In this document: positions 21,820-31,470 of the stretch, piece by piece
How positions within the stretch are numbered: the stretch's first letter is position 1
Layout of the letters: every line of letters begins with the position of its first letter
Assembly (NCBI GenBank): GCA_964019335.1
Contig: OZ025655.1
Coordinates: 372,001-436,000 of the forward strand
Reading direction: 5' to 3'
Source: Diplonema japonicum
Lineage: Eukaryota; Protista; Euglenozoa: Diplonemea
DNA: 64,000 nucleotides
Notes under the pieces: model-generated
What the model saw: the letters and a program-made list of their open reading frames with translations, nothing else
What the model was told of the DNA's origin: nothing
Database searches by the model: none
Position numbers and translations under genes: made by a program

Positions 21820-23168
21820 CTCAAAGTACACAAGCCCCCCCGCTAGAGGCCGCCCCTATGGGAGGGGGGGGGTCTATCTGTTTAATACTCCCCTTCTGGA
21901 GCATTGCTTTCATCCCGATTGTGGCTGTGAGCGTCTTGCGGAGTCGTGTGATGCGATCCCGCTTGTAGGCGGCCCTTCAAATCCATCAGCTTGTCGTGCG
22001 TGGGACTGGGTAGCAAAAAATGGGCCTCCTGGAGAAGCCTATAGCTGCCTTTCCTCCTATGGCGATGAGGGATTTCACCCTTTTTCTGCTCATCCGCTGG
22101 GAAGGGGCGTCGCTTCTTCCGTGCCCTGCACGCTGCGTTTTATCTTTACGATTAGGGCCTTGATTCTGCGTGCCCTATCTTCCAGCAGGCCTCCTAATGA
22201 TTTACCGGTCGTCCATTCGAAGTCAATGGCTAGCTCCACCGCCGACACCTCCGAGGCGGTGTCCCTTCTCCACCCAGCGCAGCTGTGACAACCATTGTAG
22301 CAGCGGGTTCAGGTACTGGGGACAGGGACCCCCACCCACTCCCTCGAGCTCGCCTGCTATCGGAACGGGGCATCTCTTTCCTACTACATTTCGTTCCCAC
22401 GGTAGCGGCTGTGTGTTGACGTCCCTCCTTCTGCACGAGCTCCACGTCCCCGCTTCTCAACCACCACGGCCAAGTATCGTTGCAGTTTTTTCCAGGTATG
22501 CAAAGGCATGTCCTCTCGGCAGTATTGCGTGTAGCTCAAGACACAGGGGGCCATCCCCGTCCTGTCGCGCAGCGGTTTCCAAAACCGTCCTGTGCCAGCT
22601 CGTCCCGTGCGCAGGCACACTCGTAAAGCTGATGGCGGGAGTAAAGGTTACCGTGTCCGGGTGTGGGTGACTCACACAGGTCCACACCTGAACCCTTGTG
22701 TGCGTGGTACTTCCGTCGTTGGGGACGTGGGTCTATGCTGTCCCCCGTCTTCCTCGGTGCCATCTCCTTCTGGTGCCAGGGGGGGGACGCTCCTTTGACT
22801 CGTACCTGCATGCGGGCTAAGGTAGGGGGACCCCTCCGGCGATCACCCGTCTCAGGCAGTAGGACATGAGTGGGTCCCTTGGCTGTCTTCCACAGTTGGT
22901 TGGTTTTGGGATCCGCTCCCGCCTCCATCCCCTTCACTGTGCTTCTTTCGTTCGCCAGTGACCTGCTCCGGGCTTTCCTCACCGCGTCCCTAAAGGCGTG
23001 CCCGCGCTCGGCCCAGGGTTTGTTCCTACAGTCTAGCAGCTGCGTCCAGTTCCACCCTATGTAGGGGAGCCACCGACAGATCAGGTTGCCTACTGGCCCC
23101 ATTGGGATGGACCCCGTGCCGCACCCCGCAGCGATCCGTGTGCATCTCTGTCGCAGTCTCTCGTCGTC
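21820..23168 (-). mobile_element. 5'-truncated non-LTR retrotransposon (LINE) copy A, heavily frameshifted
   Basis: 21820-23078 matches 57013-58243 apart from indels; encodes the post-RT region GPVGNLICRWLPYIGW, a zinc finger and the ELAIDFEWTTG C-terminal motif; no RT core. Confidence 0.75.
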
Positions 23169-23527
23169 AAAAAAAAAAAAAAAAAAGAAAAGAAAATCAT
23201 AAAAACAAGGAGGGATAGTGATACATTTGTTAGGGGTAAGGGAATGGGGGGGGTTTTTTTTTTGTCAATAATCCAGAAAACAACTGGGTTTCTTCTTTTT
23301 TTTGGAAAGGAATGAAGGGGGAAAAGGCTGGGGGATTTCCCCCCCCCTCCCTCTCCCCCCCCCAAAAAAAATGTCATTTTTTGCGCATTCTTTTTTTCTT
23401 CTTTTTTCACTTTCTTTGATTTATTACCCCCTTTTTCTTTGCTTACCAAATTACTTCTTGTACACCGTTATGGGTAAAAGAAGTTAACAAGAAAAAAAAA
23501 AAAACCAAGTTAAGAGATGGGCAGGAT

Positions 23528-23694
23528 CAGAGCTTTATATACCCCCTAGTGTCGCGGCCAGATCCTCACTTAAAAAAAGAAAAAAAACTTTTTTTGGGAA
23601 AAAAAAATTGGAGGAAGTGGCTATTTTCGAAAAAATGTGAAAAACCGTTTTGCGAAAATTATAGAGTGGGGCTCGGGGGATATATAAAGCTCTG
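23528..23694. mobile_element. 167-bp non-autonomous hAT-like MITE
   Basis: Perfect 14-bp TIRs CAGAGCTTTATATA / TATATAAAGCTCTG (about 22 bp imperfect) flanked by the 8-bp direct repeat GGCAGGAT at 23520-23527 and 23695-23702. Confidence 0.9.
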
Positions 23695-24428
23695 GGCAGG
23701 ATGGGAAAGAAAAAAAAAAAGAAATGGAAAAAAAAAAAAAAAAAAGCAACACTATTCACCTCCTTGCCCAACCCTTCTTCTTCTTTGGCAGCCATTTAAA
23801 AAAAAAAAAAAAAAAAAAAAACACTCAAGAAAACAATATAAGAGGAATATTTTAGCGTCTTGCGGTATGCACATTGGTTTCTTTTCTTCGGAGGAAGCAG
23901 AGGGCACCCCCTTTTCTTTTTTTTTTTTCTTTTCTTTTCCTCAAAGTTTAAGTTACAACTCCCAGAGGTCGCCATAAAGGGGAATTAATGTTTTTTCTCT
24001 CATTTCTTTACTGTAGTATATTGTACAAATGTTCAAAAAAAAAAGGGTCAGGAGTGGGGGGGGGGGGGGGGGAGAAGACTGGAGGTTCCTTCCTTCTTAT
24101 TTTTTCTCTTCACCCCCCTTTTTTTCCCTGTTTCCTTCTCCCCCCTCGTGTGCCATACATTTCTGTTTCTTTCTTTCCCCCATCCCCTTAAGTACGCACA
24201 ATTTTCTTTTTTTTAGAAGAAAAAAAAAACGGAAAAAACAAATGGAGAGTGACAAAAAAAAAAGGAGGGTGAGAAGGGGATAGAATTTTGGACGAGAAAA
24301 AAAAAATCTTGTTTGTTTGTTTTTTTTTTCTTTTTTTTTTTTTTCAAAATCATTTCGCCAAATCTTTGTTGACCCGCGTTTCCTATTATTTTTTTTTTTT
24401 TTCCCCTCCCCAATAAAAAAAAAAAAAC

Positions 24429-24783
24429 CTTAGATTCAGCAAAATTGGTACAATCAAGACAATACACAACCAAGCGGTCACCCAAATCAGTGGGGACGGC
24501 CATCTTGGAGAGAAGCGGACTTTGGGTAATGTACTCCGGGACGGTCATGCCGCTGTTTACCTGTTTTTTTTTGTTACAAATATTTATCTTTCAAAAAAAA
24601 AAAAATTAACATGCAAACTCCTAAAGCGAAGAGGGGGTATGGTCAGTTCTAGGTATCTCTCAGTTTCTATCTAATCTTCGACTCCTCCAAGTGCTGATCT
24701 CTTCAGGCAAGTAGTACCCTTCATTGGCTCCCACTAGCGTCCCAACGGGTATGGAGAGTACTTTTCCCGACCAAAAAAAGGTT

Positions 24784-24836
<53 letters not shown>

Positions 24837-25563
24837 CCTTTCGCAGCTTTTAAAAACGACCCCTTTTTTTTTCCCCTTTCCAAACCTTGTTCACCATGTC
24901 CTTCATAAGATGTTTGATGGCGAAGAGGGTAGGGTCATCGGACTCCTCCGGTGTCCCTTCGTAGTCAGCCACAACGATACCGTTTTCCTCGTTACCACGG
25001 ACGCAGTCAGGGGTGTTCTCCAGAATGATCAACTTTGACATGTCCCTGCCGAGGAGGGTGAGATCCTTGTTGTAACCCGCGCAGCCAGAGAACCATTTCT
25101 TATGTCTGTACACGCAATGGCGGAAGGCGTTTTTGCTATCGATGTTTCTGATAACCGCCTGTGCGTACGCCTTCACTCCCGCTGTCCACACGATGGGCTC
25201 GCAGGTGTCGCTCAGGAACTGAAGCAGGTCGGCAAGGCCTGGTCTGGCAAACAGTGGGCCTTCCCTTGCGTAAATCAGCGTTTCGTCGAGATCGAGCACA
25301 ACAGTGATGCGCCCTTGGTCGTCCTTCGTTTGCGGTGGGAGCATGCACTTTGCCGGTTCGCAGACCATCGATGGTGCCCTTGTTCTGTTTAACCGCTTCA
25401 TCGCACTGCTTCTTGAATATTCCTGTTTTGTTGTTGTTGTTGTTGTTATTTTGTTGTCGCACACCTGTTTGAACGACACCCCCCTCACCCTCTGCCCCTT
25501 TTGCGTGGTCTGCTCCTGCACCGCATTGCTTGCTCTTCTTGTTCCCGTGTTATACCCCGGCAT
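24429..25563 (-). CDS. SCP/FCP-type (NIF) HAD phosphatase; spliced, 3' end uncertain
   Basis: VVLDLDETLI, ARPGL, VWTAG, KDLTLLGRD motifs. An intron from 24894 (or 24885) to 24561 joins KDM to VNSGMTVPEYITQSPLL. Confidence 0.85.
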
Positions 25564-25745
25564 TTTCTTTTTTTTTTCCTTCTTCTTTTCCCTCTTTTTT
25601 TTTTTTTCGTTTCCCCCTTCTTCTTTTTGTTGTATTTTCTTTTTTCTGGAAAAAGAAGGGGTCTTAGAAACAAAACAAAAAATGTTGAAGTGGGGCGGAA
25701 GGAGGAAGAAAACGTTAGCAAACAACAACAAACGCATCACCCGTA

Positions 25746-26876
25746 TCAGATGATAAGCATTTGTGGAGCGGTGTACAACAAAACAGTGCTAAAAATCCAC
25801 TGGAGAGTACGTTGAAGGAAGGAACGCTGCCGGTACGCAGCAAAGGTAAGACAAGGTAGAGTGACCAAAGGCCTGCGATAGAAAAAGAGGTAAATCTGTC
25901 GAAGTGTGTAGAAAAGGGCAATAACGGGAAAGTAAGCAGGGTGGTAGGTGAAGCGAGGGAAGATACGCACGCTGTAGTCAAAGAAATATGCGTCACCACC
26001 GACAAGGACGCGTGTGTGCCTGCGAGCAACGGAGGAAATGATGACGTCTGCTGCTTCGCGGCCGTCGATAGGTGCGATTTGTTTGAAAACAGCTCCGAGG
26101 CGTGCACGAAGAGCATCGTCACTTGCGTCTTCGTCTATCCCGTGGCAAAAGGACCTGATGAGGGGAATCTTCTTCAGTATCCTCACAACTGTCTTCTCCC
26201 TCTCTGTCATCTCCATGCCGCCATGGCAGTTTGCGATCAGCTCTGTCCCCACCACCCCTGGATGAACTGCTGTCACTGTCACATTCTGATTCCCCGCCAG
26301 CTCCACCATGAGGGACTCGGTGAACCCACGCAATGCAAACTTCGCTGCCACATAAGCATTGTGAGGGACGTTGGTGTGTACGCATGAATAAAAGCCGTTC
26401 ACGGACGACATGACAACTACTCCGCAGGCCGTCGTCGCAGGGCACAGCAAGACGTTGGGCAGGAATGCGCGGGTTGTGTTTACCGTCCCGTAGAAGTTCA
26501 CGTTAAATATACGGTCCCACTCCGTCTTCGGGGTGTTGAGAAGGCCCCTCCCACCCACTACGCCCACGTTGCATATTAAGTACTCGATAGGCTCGTCTTT
26601 TTTCTCCTCTCCCCATGCTGCCATCGCCGCCTCGTCTGCCACATCGATGCCTTTCGTCTCCAAAACCACGTTGCTGCATTCTGCACGACACCTCTTCACA
26701 GTCTCAGCCAGCCTCTCTACGGTCAGATCGCACATGATCACTTTCTGTACGCAGCTTCTCACGAACATGACTGCCATTTCCTGCCCCATGCCGCTCCCAG
26801 CACCTGTGATTAACACAGTCTTCCCGTGATACATCTTGCTCCTCATGGAGCGCTCTGTGCGTAGCATGTCGAACAT
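25746..26876 (-). CDS. Short-chain dehydrogenase/reductase
   Basis: TGAGSGMG, CNVGV, MSSVNG, YVAAK catalytic motif, VHPGVVGT. Confidence 0.92.
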   Translation of the reverse strand: MFDMLRTERSMRSKMYHGKTVLITGAGSGMGQEMAVMFVRSCVQKVIMCDLTVERLAETVKRCRAECSNVVLETKGIDVADEAAMAAWGEEKKDEPIEYLICNVGVVGGRGLLNTPKTEWDRIFNVNFYGTVNTTRAFLPNVLLCPATTACGVVVMSSVNGFYSCVHTNVPHNAYVAAKFALRGFTESLMVELAGNQNVTVTAVHPGVVGTELIANCHGGMEMTEREKTVVRILKKIPLIRSFCHGIDEDASDDALRARLGAVFKQIAPIDGREAADVIISSVARRHTRVLVGGDAYFFDYSVRIFPRFTYHPAYFPVIALFYTLRQIYLFFYRRPLVTLPCLTFAAYRQRSFLQRTLQWIFSTVLLYTAPQMLII

Positions 26877-26966
26877 TGTGCTGCAAAAGGTATTTTTTTT
26901 TTTTTTTTTTTTGTTCGCTACCCACAGGATGCAAAAGAACAGTGTAGTGGTACATGTGTATGGTGC

Positions 26967-28331
26967 TTAAGGTGCGGCCTGCAGGACAGCCCTGCGGTGT
27001 CCTTCGTCGGCCATTGAAAGCCACACCAGCACGTCCTCTGCTGCCACGTCTGTGCCCCAAACTTCCCGCAGTAGGTTCTTATCCTCGACTGTGAGGTCGG
27101 TGTATCCGATGAGCGACATCAGGTCATCGAAGGCAGTGCTGCCCACACTGATAACAGGTGTGGGGCCCTCCGTGTCGCCGTCTGTGAGCGACTGGAAGGA
27201 CGTTGTGAAGTACATGACAAAGGACGGCGGCCAGTTGTGCGTGGCGGTGGCTCTCGCAGCTGACAAAGCGTCCTTCTTGCGCCTCAGCCTAGACACGTCG
27301 ATTTGCTTGTTGCAAACCTTCCAAGTCTCAAGTAAGATGGTATCCAGCTTAGCACCTGTGAGATCATGCTCGTAAGCGACTGTGGTGTAGTGTTGCCCGA
27401 TGTCCGCAGGAGGCTCCGTCTCGGGGGACATTAAGTCACCTTCCTCAGTGGTGTTGGAAGCAACGTAATCGGCGAAAGACGTGGAAGGGAGGTGGCGAAG
27501 GAGATACTCCCAAAGCAGGGCGTGCAGGGAAGGGTTTTCAGATGCTTTCTGAGAGACTTTCAGTGTGAGCTTAACGGCGTGCGAAAGCTCCTCAGGGGTA
27601 AGAAGGGACTGTTTGGGAGGGGGCTCTGTTTGAATGGCTTCCTTAGGCGGGCTGGCGGGGTTGTCGCAGAGCCTTGCGAACCTGGCTACCTCACGTGACC
27701 TGTCGGCATTCCATGTTTCAAGGAAATCGGCTTTTTCTTTTTCCCATTCGATGTCTTCTGTGACCCATCGTTGTCGCTCACGTTCAGTGTCGTCTTTGAA
27801 CTCTTGCAGTTTAGCGCGAATGCGGACCCGTTCCTTGTTGATGAGAGAATCCCATTCGAGTTTTCTTTGGAACTCCATTTCTCTCTCTCTGTCGCGTTCC
27901 TCACGCCACTCCCTGCGAAGGTCGTTCATCACGGTTCGAAATTCTTCTGCATTCTCCTTCTGCCGTGTCTTCTCCCTTGTGCATACTGTGTCCCACTCTG
28001 CCTGGCGGCGCATTGTCTTCTCCTTTCTTAGAAGGTCTTCTTTCTTTCTTTCCGAATAGGCCCACATGTCTTGCTCCCACGATCCTTCCCTTACCTTTTT
28101 TTGTTCTTCCTTGGCGCATTTCAACTGGGTGTGATAGACTCTTCGCGAATCATCCAAGGCTCTCAAATCCCTTCCCTGAAGGGAGCATTCTCTTCCTGCA
28201 GCAGACATCAGGTCTTTGTAAATAGATCCTCTGATGCACTCACTGTAGCCGTCCGTGGCTTGGTCAGTGCCTTGTCCTGAAAAGGCAGGCAATCCTTCTT
28301 TGGGGAGATCGTCATCGTGGAATTGGGTCAT
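26967..28331 (-). CDS. Hypothetical coiled-coil protein
   Basis: About 454-aa ORF from MTQFHDD, E/R/W-rich helical middle; upstream ORF extension is homopolymer leader. Confidence 0.7.
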   Translation of the reverse strand: MTQFHDDDLPKEGLPAFSGQGTDQATDGYSECIRGSIYKDLMSAAGRECSLQGRDLRALDDSRRVYHTQLKCAKEEQKKVREGSWEQDMWAYSERKKEDLLRKEKTMRRQAEWDTVCTREKTRQKENAEEFRTVMNDLRREWREERDREREMEFQRKLEWDSLINKERVRIRAKLQEFKDDTERERQRWVTEDIEWEKEKADFLETWNADRSREVARFARLCDNPASPPKEAIQTEPPPKQSLLTPEELSHAVKLTLKVSQKASENPSLHALLWEYLLRHLPSTSFADYVASNTTEEGDLMSPETEPPADIGQHYTTVAYEHDLTGAKLDTILLETWKVCNKQIDVSRLRRKKDALSAARATATHNWPPSFVMYFTTSFQSLTDGDTEGPTPVISVGSTAFDDLMSLIGYTDLTVEDKNLLREVWGTDVAAEDVLVWLSMADEGHRRAVLQAAP

Positions 28332-31300
28332 ATTCCCCTTTCTTTTTTTTTTTTTTTTTTTTTTTTTTTGTAAAATTGTGACGAGTGAAGGGAGAAAAAA
28401 AGAGGGGGAAAAGAAGAAGAAAAAAAAAAAAAAACGGAGAGATAAAATAAAAAGGGGAAGCAAAAAAAAAAAAAAAAAAAGAAATAAAAAAGGGGGGGAA
28501 GGGATAAGACCGTGAGTTTGGGGGGTTTGTGATATTCCCCCCTTTTTTGTTTAAGGAGAAACAGTTTAGAGAAATGGGAGGGAAAAGAAAGAAAGAAAAA
28601 AAGGGGAAAAAAAAAAGGGAAAAAAAAAACCAAGAACGAAGAATATAAAGAAAAGGAAGAGGGGAGTGGGGGGGATAATGAAGGGGGGGAAAGGTTCTCC
28701 CACCCTCCCTTTCTATCAGGGCTCTTTTTTTTTTTCTTTTTTTTTTTCCTCATGTCAGTCAGTGTTTTCTCAGTTCCATTTTTGTTTTTTTTGTTTGTGT
28801 GCCCTGACAGACCGAGGGTAAAGAGAGGTGCTACCTCATTTCTTTTTGGAAAAAAAAAAAAAAAAAAAAAAAAAAGTGCACTCGCATTTTTTCTGCGCCA
28901 TCATCAAGGTACGTATTAAGCACGAAGCGAGGTCTGTAAATTGGCGACGATGTAAAGTGGTGGGGGGCCTTTTGCGACTTTTCTCTCTCTTTTTTCAAGC
29001 TGTTCTGTCTGCCCATACTTGTCCATCCCATACTTTCAGTTACTTTTCTTTTACCCCATTCTTTACAGAAAAGAAAAGCAAGATACGGGGGGGAGGGGCT
29101 TTTCTTTTCCGGTCAAAGAAATAAAATGGAGAAGGGGGGGGGGGGGGGGGCAAGAATCAAACAACCTTGCCTGTTTGTTACCCCAACTAAATAAGAGGTA
29201 AATAAATTGGGTGGTGGTGGTGGTGGGGAGTTAACTTACCATATGTTGTTGCTGTGTTTTCTTTTGTTCTTTTTTTTTCTCCCCCACCCGTAGGACCTAA
29301 CATAATTCATTTTTTACCAATCCCCCCCCCTCCCCCCCCACCTATAACAAAAAAAGTCTCAATAGATAATTTTTAGAATATAAAAAAAAAAAAGAAAAAA
29401 ATGAGTTGAAAAAACTACTTTTTTTTTCCCCTCCCTCTTTTTTTTTTTATTCTCTTTTTTTTTTTTTAAAAAAAAACTTGTGCAAGAGAAGAAGAAGAAG
29501 AAGAAAAAAAAAAAAAAAACTGTTTTCTTTTTTTTATAAAAAAAGTTTCCCTTTTTTTTTGCTAGAGACGTAGGAGAAAAGAAGAAAGAAATAAAAGAAA
29601 GGCTGTAAACATTCTTCTTCTTCTTCTTCTTCTCTTTTTTTTTTTTTTTTTTTTTTTTACCAGCCCCATACAGTCAAAGGTAAATACACTGGCTTGGAGG
29701 AATGTAGCTTTTTCTCAACCTTAAGTACTTGTTTCCTGGGGCATTTTCTATTATTTGTGAAGCACATGCGCCCGTACTTTGTCACCTTTATGTTGGAAAT
29801 CTACAAAAGGGTACTTTTTTTGAGGTTTCGCTCCTTCTCGGGGGGGAGGGAGTATTTACCTTTTACAGAATTTCCAAAAAAATAATAAAAAAAAAAACAA
29901 AAGAAATCGGGAAAGAGCGAAGAAGAAAAATATGAAAGTAGATAAAAAACAAAGCACTGTATGATGAGGGGGGGGATTTTTTTTAAGTTGTTGGATAACG
30001 AACTCCAAGAAGGGGGGGGGGGGGGGGGGGGGGGGGGAAGGGCCGTTCTTTGGTTTGGCCTATATTTTCGCAATTATTGCCCTTTTAAAAATTTCACTTT
30101 TTTTTCTGGGTTATAAACTTCTAGGTTTCTAACCAACATGCATTTGAGAAGTGAAAAGCCCCTCCCCCCCAATTTTTTTTTTTTTTTTTTTTTTTTTGGC
30201 AAGAAGGCATAATTTTCTCCCATTTCTTTTTCTCGTTGTACCTCTGTCAGTCTTGTTTAAACTTGTTTTTGGTCCTTTTGAAAGAGTGGTTATCGGTCTT
30301 TGAATAAAAAAAACACTATTTTTTTTTCTTTTTTGTCTTTTCTCCCCTTTTCTCTTTTAAACACGCAAGCTTCTTTCTTTTATTCTTCTTTTTTTTTCAT
30401 TTTAGAATAAAGAAGAAGGTAAAAAGAAAAGACAGTGATAGTTCGTTCTTTCCTTTTTACGAGGGGATTTTTCTTTTTTTTTTTATTTTCGTTTTCTTTT
30501 TTTTTTTTTTTCCTCTGGACCACAGAAATCAAAGCCCAACGAAATAGAATGTGCACTGCAGAAAAAAAAGAAATTGAGGATGAAGTGGGGGAAAATGACT
30601 TCAAAAAAAAAAAATCGTTTTTTTTTAAACTAAAAGCATTAGTGCCAAACAATTACAGGGAAGGAAGAAAAAAAAAATCGCAATTAGAATAAACAGAGGG
30701 AAGGAGAAAAAAAGAAGAAGAAAAAAAAAAGAAAAAAAAAAACAACAAGATGGAACCCTTCCTCCATTTCTGTTCCTTACTTTTCTATAATCTTTTTCTC
30801 GTTCAGCGCATCATGTCCTTTTTGCTAGATTCTTCCTTATTCTCTTTAGTTTGGTCTCGCAGAAAATAGCTACTTATTGAATTTTGTTCCACTTTAAGAA
30901 CGAAACAACTTTAAAAAAAAAAAAAACCAATTCTTTTTTTTTTCCTTTCACCAAAATAATGGGGAAAAACAAGCAACACCGTAAAAAAAAACAAAAAAAA
31001 AAAGATCTGTTTTGAACCATGTTAAGAACATACTGGAGGAGAGGTAAGGTCCCCCCCTCGGCCGTCGAATAAAAAAAAAAAAGAACTCATCAAAAAAATT
31101 CCAAGGGAGAATTTTCCCCCTCGGTGCTTGACAGTCCTTTTTTTTTCTTTTTCTTTTTCTTTTCCCTTGTTTTTTTTTTCTCTTTTTTCTTTTCCCCCCT
31201 TTTTTTTTTCTCCATCCCCCTTGTTGTACCTCCCCATAATATTTATTTTATTTTAAAAAAAACTTTTGAAGTCCTCCCCATCTTTTTTCTTTTTCTTTTT

Positions 31301-31470
31301 TTTTTTTCATACAAAAACCAAAAAACCTTTTTTTTTTTTTTTTTTTTTTTTTTTTGGAGGGGATGAGGATATTGGGAAAAAAAAAAAAAAAAAAAAAAAA
31401 AATGGAATTGGGGAACAAAGAGCATATAACACAAAGTAAGGGAAGTGGGGGGGAAAGGGAGTTAATCGCC

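Noticed and set aside
21792-21968. C-terminus of the 1151-aa mucin-like ORF after the gap
   Set aside because: Read-through across Ns into the antisense strand of LINE copy A.
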